A stretch of 35,890 bases of DNA from positions 32,315,502 to 32,351,391 of the forward strand of contig NC_069001.1 of assembly GCF_001194135.2 (NCBI RefSeq), read 5' to 3'. The notes below the pieces were generated by a model. It saw only the letters and a list, made by a program, of their open reading frames with translations, searched no databases and had not been told where the DNA came from. Source of the DNA: Octopus bimaculoides (Eukaryota). Shown piece by piece: positions 21,768-34,064 of the stretch; the stretch's first letter is position 1, and every line of letters starts with the position of its first letter. The position numbers were made by a program, and so were the translations under genes.

Positions 21768-22218
21768 ATCATCATCGTCGTTTAACGTCCGCTTTCCATG
21801 CTAGCATAGGTTGGACGATTTGACTGAGGACTGGTGAAACCGGATGGCAACACCAGGCTCCAATCTAATTTGGCAGAGTTTCTACAGCTGGATGCCCTTC
21901 CTAACGCCGACCACTCAGAGAGTGTAGTGGGTGCTTTTACGTGCCACCCGCACGAAAACGGCCACGCTCGAAATGGTGTCTTTTATGTGCCACCCGCACA
22001 AGCCAGTCCAGGGGCACTGGCAACGATCTCGCTCGAAAATCCTACGGGAGCCAGTCAGGCGGTACTCGCAACGGCCACGCTCAAAATGGTGCATCTCATG
22101 TGCCACCCGCACAAGAGCCAGTCCAGGGGCACTGGCAACGATCTTACTTGGCTTGCCGGGTCTTCTCACGCACAGCACATTTCCAAAGGTCTCGGTCAGT
22201 AGTCATCGCCTCAGTGAG
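21768..22218 (-). mobile_element. Abundant non-coding repeat with (GAT)n tail, probably RTE-associated; internal direct repeat with period of about 113 bp
   Basis: CATCATCGTTTAACGTCCGCTTTCCATGC..GGTTGGACG and GGATGCCCTTCCTAA; direct repeat 21958-22030 vs 22071-22144. Further partial copies at about 15-130, 1685-1745, 13490-13565, 18903-18992, 24780-25052, 26140-26365, 27110-27245, 27598-27770, 32679-32830 and 33038-33120. The RTE link is inferred from the tail type. Confidence 0.65.
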
Positions 22219-22222
22219 GCCC

Positions 22223-22851
22223 TATTCAGCCCTAGACCCAACATGCATGAATTTCTCCAAAAGTATATACAATACATCAAACATATTAAGCACATGCAGA
22301 GTAATCAATACATTAAAAATGAACATATAAATATATATACATTATATATTGAAAAAATAAATACATTATATAAGTCAACTTAGAGATTATAAAACAAAGT
22401 CATAAAAAAGAGCTTTGTATCTCCTTCTCCAACCATTCAAAAATACTGTCACTCCCTGGTCTTTTTGCATATAGCTCTATAAAAACACTCAGTAGGTAAT
22501 TCCCATTGGAAAAATGTAGGACATTTGAGCCTTTCTAGAAATTTATTTTCCCTGATGAAGGAGATGGTGTCCAGTAATGAATGTAAATGTCTTTTTTATA
22601 ACTGGATCCCCAGAAACGGCCGTAAGATTATTAACACCCAAACTTTTCATCTTATAGACTTTGTTTTATAATCTGTAAGTCGACCTATATATATATGTAT
22701 TTATTTTTCCAGTATATTTTTAATGTATATATCTATATATTTATAATGTATTAATTTCGTTATATGTTTTTATATATCTATATATTTTTATGTTTGATGT
22801 ATTGAATATATTTTGGGGAAATTTCATACATATTGGGTCTAAGGCTGAATA
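22223..22851 (+). mobile_element. Fold-back element (about 190-200-bp inverted arms) around a spacer of about 235 bp; probable Penelope-like pseudo-LTR remnant
   Basis: Arms at about 22223-22410 and 22645-22851, e.g. perfect 17-bp match 22385-22401 / 22657-22673 and TATTCAGCC / GGCTGAATA at the outer ends. Confidence 0.75.
22549..22627 (+). ncRNA. Candidate type I hammerhead ribozyme (partly decayed)
   Basis: CTGATGA 22552-22558; stem II GGAGA/TCCCC plus TCCAGT/ACTGGA; GAAA 22613-22616; palindromic stem III ACGGCCGT 22616-22623; GUA triplet. Stem I has only 2 of 3 pairs. Confidence 0.6.
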
Positions 22852-22904
22852 AATATAAATGTATATATGAATTGATTCTTACTTCTACAATATATATATA
22901 TACA

Positions 22905-23030
22905 GCAGGCTTCTTTCAATCCACTCAAAGATTTGGCCAGCCTGAAGACACTTGCCCAATGTACCACGAGGTGGGACTGAACCTGGAATTATGTGGTTGG
23001 AAAGCAAACTTCTTACCACACAGCTACGCC
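22905..23030 (-). mobile_element. SINE family A head; further minus-strand pieces at about 24125-24260, 24511-24665 and 32881-33027
   Basis: Reverse complements align to 12372-12770. Confidence 0.75.
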
Positions 23031-25518
23031 TGTGATGATGTTTCATTAGTAAACTGCTCCATTTCCTACAGCCTTATTATATTCAATGTGAGACAGATAA
23101 CTTACCCACTTCTGAATGAAAGAATACCCTTCCACTAGCTGCTGCAGTCAAATAGTCATCTCAACTACTCTTATTCTACCTGTTCAGTAGCACCACTGAT
23201 GTTTAGTCTTATCCACCCAAGCCCCTGAGAGTATAAAAAGGTGGATGATTGATTTGATTTGGGTAGGATTTCAACTATATACATCACAGTTAGTTCCCTT
23301 CGTACAATTTTTTTTTTTAATTCTGAAAACGATTTATATTCTCATTTTTAAAAAAATCATATTAATAGATTCTGAAATGAAGTATTGGTCATATGTGTGT
23401 GAGAGAGAAAGAGGTAAAAAGTGAGGCAAAAGAATGGTTTTCATCTGCTGTTGGCACATTTCTGTACTTTTTAACACTAAGTCTATTGGAGGTGATTTCT
23501 TGAAATGAATATCAGTTTAGTTGGCTTTCAACAATATATCTGCTTTATGTATCATACACAGGTTACTGTTTTGAACTAATACTGCTTCTGTTGCTAATAA
23601 CAAATTTTTATTCAGTTTGTCAACTAAATGCAACATTGCCAACCTTGCAATCGTGTGATGTAAATGGATGAGGACAGCCAAGTCAAGAAGTGCTAACCTT
23701 TAACTGTGGAAGAGGTAGGCCCAGGATAGACCCTCATAGCCATTTGATGTTTCAAAAATTTTATTATATTTTTAGAATTAAATACTGATGGAAATTGTAT
23801 TTTTAAAAAATTGTTAAAATATTTTGTGTATTGTAGAAGTATAACCAATTTATTGCAGATGAATTTTAACAACAAAATCTTACATGGACCCTGATTGAAA
23901 ACCACTTAGTTATTTGGAGAAAAGAAAAAGCATTACCATTAATGTTTAGTAGGCCTTTTGAGTTGCAGGGGACAAACAGAAAGAAACCAGTTACCTGCAT
24001 TGAATGCTTGCAACAGAATAGACTAATTCAAAGTTACCAGGAGACCAGCTGGTGCTATTAAACTTAATTCATTACCTAATTTGTAACCCAAGAAAGGTAT
24101 ACATCATTCAATGAGTGTCCTTAGCTTCTGGCTTTCTAATTTCACTCACAAAGCTTTTGCCAACCAAGGCTATCATAGAAAATACTTGCCCAGTGTGCTA
24201 TGCAGTGGGGTCAAGCCGTGTGATTGCAAAGCAAATTTCTTTATCACACAGCCATACTTATACTTAAACCTTAGAAGACAACGACCAATCTATCGACCGA
24301 AAAGTCAAATAACAAAGATTGTATTAGTTCATTCAATTTCCTACAAGAATGTATATAGTTTTATATATGTAAGATTATTACTTTATTTTTTATAATTTTT
24401 TTTTAAGAATAAGCGCATGCCCTTTGTAGGGCTTGTGGAAAAGGGTTAAATACTCGATTGGGATCTATTTTGGTGGCTTATCTTTTCATTGGAATAATCT
24501 TTTATCATATCTTTTACTTGTTTCAGTCATTAGAGTGTGGCCATGCTGGAGCACCACCTTCAGGAATTTTACATGAACTGACCCCAGTACTTTTTTCTTT
24601 TCAAACCTGGTACTTATTCTATTGGTCTCTTTTGCCAAACCACTAAGTTACAGGGACGTAAACATGCACACACATATATATACACCTAACCATTAGGCAC
24701 ATGGCCTAGTGGTTAGGGTGTTGCACTCCTGATTGTAAAATTGTGGTTTCAGTTCATGGAGCCTCACTAAGGACATGTCAAGCGACAGGTTGTTGTGGCA
24801 ATTTGCTGTACTTGAGAAGACGCATCAACCTAAATAAAACTATAGTCATCCATACATATAGGCATATTGTTTGCAGGTGCTGGTGCCATGTAGACGCCCC
24901 TGTGCCAGTGGCAGGTAAAAAGCACCCAGCACACTCTGTAAAGTGGTTGGCATTAGGAAGGGCATCTAGCCATAGAAACCATGCCTTAAGCAGACAGTTG
25001 AAGTCTGGACAGCTGTCAACATGCCAGCATGGAAAGCAGATGTTTAAGGACGATGATGGTGACTGGGCTATGCATTGTGTTCTTAAGCAAAGCACTTCAC
25101 TTCACATTATTCCAGTCCACCCAGCTGGCAAAAATGAGTAACCCTGCTATAGACCGGAGCCCCATGCAGAGAAGAATATATATATATGTCAGAGAAACCA
25201 GCCCTATGATTTTTATGGAGTAATGCAGACTAACCTTCAGAGGGAAGTAGCCATTTACAGGGTCTTCCAAGACTGGTGGGAGGAAGGGAGAAAGTTAACC
25301 TCAAACCAAAAATCTAATACATCTACTTGCAACAGCCTGGAATTCACCAAAGACACCCAACAGCCAGATGGTGGTATTAAACAAAATGAGAGATTATTTA
25401 TATCAACCACTGAAGAACAGCTTCAGGCATCATCTATCTGACGGCCTTCCATAGTTTCTATCAACAAGATTTTAATCACAAAGCTTTTAAAATGTCCTGC
25501 AGCAAACTGCTTTATTCT

Positions 25519-25606
25519 TTATTTACACTTGACGGATATTTGTCCTCATCTTGTTTGTTGTTAACAACAAACAAGATGAGGACAAATATCCGTCAACTGT
25601 AAATAA
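25519..25606. repeat. 88-bp palindrome: 68-bp perfect core (25529-25596) with no loop and one C-C mismatch outside it
   Basis: TTGACGGATATTTGTCCTCATCTTGTTTGTTGTT|AACAACAAACAAGATGAGGACAAATATCCGTCAA, checked base by base. Confidence 0.95.
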
Positions 25607-28600
25607 TGTACATAATTCCTCATCTCTTGAATATAGAACTATGCTTTAGTCTTTTTTAACTGTCCCAAGGTTATGCAGTTTGTGACTTTATTGAAAGCCT
25701 TTGCAAAGTCTACATATTAGGCACAAGCATGACAGTGCCAACACAACTGGCCTTGAACCAGCTATGCAATCTGTTAGAAATAGCAGTCAAATCACAACCT
25801 ACTATATTAAATAATGCAAAAGACTGGTTGATTTATACCTAGATACACTATCTAGCAGAGAAGTTAGTAAGATCACAGCATGGAACATCTTCCATCATAG
25901 GTTTACTCAATCATGGCTAACTTGGAATTAAATAACGAGTTTGCAGTAGAGTAAATCTGCAGCCAGTGAAATTTTTCTGAGAGTTAACTGAAAGCTGCTT
26001 CATGAGACCTGCTCTCTCTCTCTCTCTCTCTCTTTCACTTTCTGCAAGATGTGACTTACTTAAGCCCTTTGATCCCATATAGAGTATAAGCCATCGATGA
26101 TTCTGAGATATTTGATGCCATGCTATACTCAAGATCTATCCACCATAGCATAATCGATGCTAGTGCTGGTGCCACATAAAAGGCACATGTGCTGATGCCG
26201 TGTTAAAAGCTCTGGTGCTGGTGCCACATAAAAAGAACATCCAACCACAGAAACCATGTCAGAACAATGGAGTTTGGTGCAGTTCCTGACCATACCAGTT
26301 CCAGTCAAACCATCCAACCCATGCCAGCATGGAAAATGGATATTTAACAATAATGATGATCATCATGATCTCAACTCTGGTCTGCTCTCGCCCAGGTCTT
26401 GTTGGTTTTGAATCATCATCAATGTGTCTTTCTTCTAGCTAGTGGTATAGACCTCTAAACAAACCCATTTCTACTGCTGGAATGATGTGGTCCATATTAT
26501 TCTGGTTTCTATCCTTTGACCTGTGCAGCATGGGAAGCCCTAGAAAGAGCTTGCATTTCACCAGCATAGCTTTCAAGGGAATTGAGGCTCACAAGTCACA
26601 CACTGCATCAAGAATTGGCGCTTGTGGTAGCTGCAAGATGTAAAAGTTTCTAATAATGAATTCTTCACTAGCACAAGGCCAGATTTGTTGGGGGTAGATA
26701 CAGTTATTCTGTTGCTTGATCGGGTGGCAGGGATGGGGTGCCTAAATTAGAAAGAAGAACCATGGTTGTGATCTTTGAAACTGGTAAGATCACTACAATT
26801 ATGTTCAGCTTGAATGTAACCTGCAAAAGAAAAATCTAGCAAGGGAGAGATTTCCAAAGGATTTGATGTTTTGCGGAAGAAGGATTGTACAAAGCAGCTA
26901 GTGTGGGCCTTGTGGAGAAAGGCTGAGAGGGGAGAGGTCTTGAGTGGAAGTGATGTGCAACTATCTAGTTGAGAAGAGCACTGATCATTGTAGTTGCAAT
27001 AGAATTGGAAAAGAGGAAGCAGCACACCTGTAACAAGTGGGGGTGGAGGGGGTAGTGTGATGTTGAAGAAGTTTTTATCAATCAGTCAGAAAGCTTTCCT
27101 TTGTCAAGGATGTGTGTGTTTGAAAGTGGTTGGTGTTAGGAAGGGCATCCAGTCGTAAGAACCCTCCCAAAACAGATAGTGAAGTCTGGTGCAGTCTTCT
27201 GTCAAACCATCCAACCCATGCCAGCATGGGTAAACAAATGTCACTGTCATACAAGTGGTGTTGTTCATTTCCAATCTTCTGTGAAAACATGCCTGGTCAT
27301 GAGAAATATTACCATATTTGGAAACTGGTGAGGGTTTGTGATAGGAAGGGCATCTGGCTATAGAAAATTCACCTCAGCATAATTCTATCCAGCACATGCA
27401 AGCATAGAAAAGTAGATGGTTAACCAATGATGATGATGATAGCATCACCTCCGTCCAAAAAGTGAGAGAAGTACTCCGTTATGGATATCACTTGGGTTTC
27501 GTAAAGAATCAGAGCTAGAATATTCTCTAGTTCTGAAGAGAAAGGTTGGTCTTCTTCTGCTTTGGGTGTGAATTTTAGCTATGTTATGTCTAAGAGCAGG
27601 GATGATGATGATTTAATGTCCATTTTCCATGCTGACAGGGGTTGGACGATTTGACAGGAGCTGATCAGCTGAAGGGCTGTTCAGGCTACGTCTGTTTTGG
27701 CATGGTTTCTACAGCCGGATGCCCTTCCTAATGCCAACCACTGTACAGAGTGCACCAGCACCAGCACAGAAGTTGTTTTTACATAGCACCAGCACTTACA
27801 AGCCCACAAGATTAAGAATGCTCGGCTGGAGAGGATTGATATCAGAGAATATGAGATCTGACATTTGTAGGGATTTGGAGGGTTTTTATTCAGTGTTGTT
27901 CAAGATTAGGGAGGACGAGCTATTACACTGTTTCTTTGATGTGAACAGCGGTTATCTTACTGTGTCGTTGAATCAACCACAATACTCACCCGGTACTTAT
28001 ATTGTCAACACCAGAAACAATGAAGCAAAGTCTACTAAGATATGACTTGAAGATATAGACTAACAGGATCCTTAAATGAGATTAAAGAAGGTGAGGTATG
28101 AAACTGCTTCTTTGATATGAGCAGTCATTGAGTCACTGAATCAGCTACAGTACTCACCCTAGATATGGAAGCAAAGACAATTGAGCAGTGATTTGAGAAC
28201 AGAAGAACTGGATTATTATTAATTATTGCAACATGTTTAACAACTATTTTCCCTTCTCCACTACTTTAACAGAGGTTCTGATCAGAGGTGTATCCAGGTT
28301 TTAAAGTTAGGGGAAGCGAGCACATAAAAAAAAGGTGCTATGACACATACCAAATAATTTTTACCTCAATTTTCTTATATTACATGAAATATTTCATTAG
28401 TTATAATATACATAATTGTATTCCACATGTATTAATTTCATGCTTCATTAACTTACATCTACTGACATAGGTATGATGTGGAAAAGAGGAAACTCTACAG
28501 CATCGTCCAGTGTTAAGATGTCTGGGTTTGTTTTGGTTCTTCAAATGTCAGCAGCCACCAACAGATCACAGGAAATTGAGCAGACAGTTTAAAAACGCAG

Positions 28601-29410
28601 GTGGGTATTCAAAGAAAGTAATGACTCCAGAAAATTCTTCCAAGGCCATGTGATTAACATAACAAAAAAAAAAAACGATAAAAAAAGAAGAGATTCGACT
28701 TTTATCGCCCAAATGACGATAAAAGTTTTATAAGTTTTTTAAAATTGTTGAAAAGGTGCCAATTTTGAAAAATATCATGGGGAAGCAATTCTGCCCTTGG
28801 ACCCCTATTAGCAACACCACTAGTTCTGATATAATGATTATAATTATTACAGACTATATTTTCTATTAAGACACTTAGGAAATCTCTCCCTAGCTTATGT
28901 TTTTCTTTTGCAGGTGTTCAAGCTGAATGCAGCCATATTGATCTCACCAGTCTTGAAGTACCTGGGTCTTAGAGAAAACTAAATATATCTCTCTTACACT
29001 CTGTGTCAATCCTTTTTAATTAAATGTTTAACAATGTTTAACAGAATTAAGTTGCGATGGCAGTAAATACAAATATAAAAACTGACTGTATAGTATTAAA
29101 TGAAAAATAAAATGTTTTTGCTCCCCCCATCTATTTAAACACATAAACACCATGTTTAATATTTTTCTTTACTTGCCCTGTAGCAATATTGACAATTAAC
29201 TTACACAATTATCATACACACTTAAAAATACGGAATTGTGTATTTTGGTGTATTTTCGATTGAAGACGTGGTGTATAAATGACATGTAAATAACATAAAC
29301 ATACAAATACAATATCATAAACAGGATGAAAAGAAAGAGGAGGATAAAATTCAGTTTTACTTAAATAAGATAGTGTTAAAAATAACTTTTGTTTAGGTCT
29401 CAATTCTCAC

Positions 29411-31470
29411 CGATTTACTCGTCGTTTTTTGTTTTCAGTTCTTGAAGAGCTGTTATTATGTTTATTCCTAATTTTAGTTAATGTTTCATCTCCTAATAAA
29501 CTCCTTTTTTTGGAAGGTTGCCCTGAAATATGTTCACTTCCATGCTTAGTGCTAATGTGAGAAGGTGAGAATTTGTCCTTGGAAAATTGTTCTTCATCAT
29601 GATCATCATCACGATCATCATTACAATCGTCGTCATCATTATCATCTTCATCGTCATCATCCCCATCGTCGTCGTCATTGTCATCGTCATCACCATCATC
29701 ATCATCGCTCACAATCTCCCCCTTTTCTAAGTCTACACACTCAGTTTCTGACTGTTCAGTGACTGCATGTAAATCACTTTGTGGCTGAGGAGAAAATGTT
29801 TTGAGAGAATTCTGATCTTCTCTCAGACTGTCATTACTACAATATTCCTCATCATGAGTCTGATAGATATCAACTAACTGTGTTGTATCTTCACAATCTT
29901 CATCTTGTTGCCTTCTGTTATGGGCAGCAATTTCTTGTGATAGTTTTTTTTTCATTTCATTCAAAAACTCAAGGCTGTGATTCTTTGCTAGTGTGTCATC
30001 TTGAATAGGATTTTCCACTGATACTTCATAATCAGGTTTACTTGGTGAGAAAAGTTTACGAACAGAGGCTTTCTTCCTTGTCATGGAATCATCGCAGTCA
30101 GAATCTTTACTACTCAATGATTCAGGAGCCATCGAGTTTGTCACACTGCTAGAAAAGCAAGGAGTAATTACAGAAGAACGAGAATCTTCTAAATTAGATT
30201 TGCCAAAACACTCAGTAACTATAGGTTCCTGATTATTCAATGTGACTGAGGTCTTGTAATTTTGTGAAATAACAGGTGAGAGGTTTCTATCACATTTAGT
30301 TGTCAGTTCTGGTGAAGTTACAACTGGATCACACATTTTACTGCGATGTTTGTCACTTGGAGAGAATTTTCCAGTAGAAGATTTAGAGCTCTCTGCATCA
30401 GATCCTGCAGATTTTACTGACAGTTGTGTTACTATACTGATTGGTTCTACAGACTGCTGACAATCAATCAACTTAGAATCTTGTCTCTTGGCATTACCGA
30501 ATTCACTGGAGTCATTAGATAAATTGTGCTTCTCTTTGAGTGGAGCAGTATGAGATTTTGTATTCTCAGACCTCAAAGATAATTTTTTTGTAGACGAAGG
30601 CATCCTTTGGCAATGATGTTGTTTACTACCTTCCCTTTTATGTTCTCTTGAGGAATTTTCCATTTTTATATTTGAAGAATTAGTTTTGTTTCTGGGGTAT
30701 CTTGATGGTTTCCTTTCCAATAATCTGTTATCTGTTGTTTCAGGCTTTTGCAAATCTCAACTAGAATGTTACTCCTCATATCTTCAGTCATTCTGCCTTT
30801 GTTCTCTTGAGCTAGAATGTTAGGAATATTTCCTATCACTTTCTTTGAAATCTCTTCAATCCCTGTAACAGTTGATTGTGATATGTTTACTGCCTCTTGA
30901 GTTTGAACATTTAATAGTTTTCTATAAGCTTCATGTGATATTCAGTCAGGCAGGGAAGTTATATTTATGCTAGCAGATTTTCTCAGATCAATACTTTCAA
31001 ATAATGGATGACGTACAAAGACTTCTTGTAGGAACTTTTATCAGCAGCAGTTTTCTCTGTTTCACATTTAAAACAATTTAATTTTGAATTTGTAGAATGT
31101 GGGGTATTCAGTGTCTGTGAAGAAATTATAATATTTTCGAATGTAGGTGATCATACTGAATCAGAAGGCATCAACTTTGCACTTGGCACAGTAGGAGCTA
31201 TGCAATGAGAATTGGGTTCAAACCTATTTTGATGATGTAAAATACCTTCAGAAATTTTTGAAATAATAATCGAATCACTGGAGGTATAGGCGAAATGAGA
31301 TTGTGTACGGAAGTTGTCAAAATGAGTACATGTGCGGGGATTTCTCTTTTTCATAAGAGTTTCGTCTATAAGTTTGTGAAGGCTTGCTGTTGCTCTGATA
31401 ATCACCGTTCCATTTTGAATATCCCGACTGTCTTTTCTTCAGATAGTTTTCTTTTTCGTAAGACTCCAAT
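29411..31470 (-). CDS. CASP8AP2: CASP8AP2/FLASH-like large exon (exon C): about 50 codons in frame, disrupted about 31340-30760, then 448 open codons (S/D/E/K-rich) to a GTGAGA donor
   Basis: Acceptor CACTTTCCAG at 31480-31471 is phase-compatible with exon B; stop at 31319-31317; ORF 29407-30753, whose stop falls inside the donor CG|GTGAGA at 29410. Confidence 0.7.
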
Positions 31471-31650
31471 CTGGAAAGTGAACCAAAAATCAGAATATAA
31501 ATAGGTGTGTTGCATTGTAAAATTATATTTTCAACAATCGAGACACACAAAACATTAAATAAGTTCTACAAATTAGTTGATTGGTTTCTATGTATTCAAG
31601 GAATTTTGTGATGAAAGATTTAATTTCATCACATTATTTGCTTCATTATC

Positions 31651-31972
31651 AGGCTTGTGACTTGGTGGTTAGGGTATTTGCCTCATGATTGTAAGGTCAT
31701 GAGTTTGAAAACCAGTAACACATTATGTCCTTGAGCAAGACATTTTATTTCACATTGCTCCAGTCCACTCAGCTGGCAAAAATGAGCCATAGCTGTATTT
31801 CAAAAGGGCCAGCCTTGTCACACTCTGTGTCACGCTGAATCTCCCTGAGAACTATGTTAACGGCAAATGTGTCCGTGGTGTGCTCAGCCACTTATATGTT
31901 AATTTCATAAGCAGGTTGTTCCGTTAATCAGATCAAATGCAACCCTCGTTGTCATAACTGATGGAATACCAC
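31651..31972 (+). mobile_element. SINE with centre X and tail 2
   Basis: Centre shared with 20519-20862; tail GGGCCAGCCTTGTCACACTCTGTGTCACGCTGAAT shared with 34065-34450. Confidence 0.8.
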
Positions 31973-32179
31973 GATCAGGCTTGAAAGAAATTGTACTGCG
32001 ATGGGCGAGGAGGTAGGGAAGAATGAATGGCTAAATTATTCAAAAGTGCATCATCAACATCATCATTGTTTTAACCTCCACTTTGCACAGGCCATTGGGG
32101 CAGATTCTCCATGGTCAGATACTCTTGTTATCACCATCCTTTCCCCCACTTGTTCCCATGTGAGATAATAATCTACCAG

Positions 32180-32312
32180 TCTATCGAACAACAAAGGGCC
32201 CCAACATGCTTTCATGATGGACTCGGCGGAATTTGAACTCAGAACATAATGGCAGACGAAATACCGCTAAGCATTTCGCCCGGCATGCTAACGTTTCTGC
32301 CAGCTCGCCACC
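32180..32312 (-). mobile_element. SINE family B head
   Basis: Reverse complement GGTGGCGAGCTGGCAGAAACGTTAGCATGCCGGGCGAAATGCTTAGCGG...TTCTGAGTTCAAATTCCGCC. Confidence 0.8.
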
Positions 32313-33177
32313 TTGAGCTCCACATGTATTATCCTAGTCGTGTCTGCTTCTAGTATAGTGGTTGAACTGCTCCTTGTTAATATGACTAGTTATGATATAC
32401 AGAGCAAATGTAGGAGAAATCACAATAAACAGAAGATTATATCATTTGTTCCTACATGTGTTCCACCATTGTGCTTGTTTGGAGCTCTACACTGGATGCT
32501 TAACTACAACAGATCATTGGAACAACGTTACTGAGAGCTAATGTCTCTGACAGTCCATTGTGGTTAAGCATCTAATTGCGCTTGGAACATTCAATGCAGA
32601 GTTCCCAACAACCACAATGGTGAAATGTATACAGGTACAAATGATATATTTGTGTGTTTATCATAATTGCTCTTTGTCATCATCATCATCATCATCTTTC
32701 TTTAGCACCTGTGTTCCATACTGGCATGGGTTGGACGGTTTGAGAGAAGCTGGCAAGCCAGAGGACTGCACCAAGCACCACTGTCTGCACTGGAATAGTT
32801 TTTACAGATGGATGCCCTTCATAAGACCAACATTTTCTCATGAATATACATGTGTGTGCGAGACAGGTTTTCTTCAGTTTCCATCAATCAAGTCCACTTG
32901 CAAGGCTTTCATCGGCCCAGGGCTATAGTACTATAGTAGAAGACACTTGCTCAAGATGACATGTAGTTGGACTGAAACCAAAACCATGTAGCTAGAAAGC
33001 AAACTTGTTAACTACACAGCTACACCTGTATCTATATCCATCATCATCATCGTTTAACAGTCACTCGCCATGCTGGCATGGGTTGGACGGTGTGACATGG
33101 CGCTGTCCAGACTCCAACTGTCTGTTATAGAGTCAATAAAAAATATTACGAAAAGACAAACAGACCAACAAACTTAC

Positions 33178-33368
33178 TGTTCTCTTAAAGACTCAATATT
33201 ATCGTTTTTCCTTTTGATTTCTGTGCATGCAGTTTTGTACAGCATCGATATATTCTTCTGCAAGTATATGTTTTTCTTTTCCAGTAACTCCATAGCAGCA
33301 GTGCGTTCTTTCACAGTATTTTCCAAAGTAGCAATCTTCTGCAGAGCTTCCTGGTATTTTTGTTGCAA
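33178..33368 (-). CDS. CASP8AP2: CASP8AP2/FLASH exon B: N-terminal coiled coil (Lsm11-binding region)
   Basis: LQKNISMLYKTACTEIKRKNDNIESLREQ matches the conserved FLASH segment (human [29 protein letters not shown], from memory); acceptor TCTTTGTTTTAG; donor CA|GTAAGT. Confidence 0.88.
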
Positions 33369-34064
33369 CTAAAACAAAGAATAATTTCATTAGAGAGTCT
33401 CGAAAGTGGTTGGGTTTCTTACCACACAACCATGGACATGTAATGTAAACATATACACAATGGGCAAAGAAAAAGAAACAAAAACAAAGAGAGGGGCACA
33501 AGTTGTTGTTAGGGTTAGCCCCTTGATATAACAGATCTTCTATGGTCAAAGACATTCCAGCTGAGACCATCCTGTCTTTTTATGAGTATCAAGTACTATT
33601 ATGTGTTTACCACAAGGTCCAGTCCTTGTTGCAGTATAGTGATTTATGCGCTTCAATGACCCCAAGAGCTGTCGCACAAGCTCTTAGAGTCAAAGATTAA
33701 AGGCCAATCTGATATGGACTGCCTCTTCCCGGAGGTATAAATAGGTTTGCATAGGGCCTATACCCCTACCTAGAAAAACAGACTAAGTTATGGAATCATT
33801 GATGGCAAATGAAAACTAACAAGTCTTGGGAGAGGAAGGCCTTCCCATCACCCCATGATGCAGCAACATCTGAAAGGCTGCAGGGTCAACTCCCCTTCTG
33901 AAGCAGGGACCCAACAGGAAAGAAGTAGAACAGATAGCTGAGGGTTAAGAACAGTGAAGAAAAGTCATCAATGACCTATGATCCATAGGGAGTGGAGGAT
34001 TCAAGTTAGTGAATAAGACAATATGTGTCTAATTTTTCTGTCCTGATTTTAAGGGGTACTGTTG

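Noticed and set aside
26380-27600. Coding-looking minus-strand stretches (about 26380-26630 and 27445-27600) as further FLASH exons
   Set aside because: They contain stops or abut repeat insertions, and show no recognisable FLASH C-terminal motif; cannot be supported without transcripts.
27719-28045. 108-aa plus-strand ORF
   Set aside because: Begins inside a (GAT)n-family repeat and includes SINE-like sequence; no domain.
28948-28967. 20-nt minus-strand micro-exon in phase with FLASH exon C
   Set aside because: Plausible AG/GT and open frame, but too short to tell from chance, and it lies in a duplicated cassette whose acceptor on that strand is not conserved.
29493-29762. Met-rich and His-rich ORFs overlapping the FLASH exon
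   Set aside because: Alternative frames of the GAT/GAC Asp repeat.
30757-31002. Argument that 11 stops in the downstream frame are CpG/C-to-T decay
   Set aside because: Every stop can be reverted by T-to-C, and TGA is also common off-frame in Asp/Glu-rich coding DNA. An alternative frame has only one stop here, so the ancestral frame is undecided.
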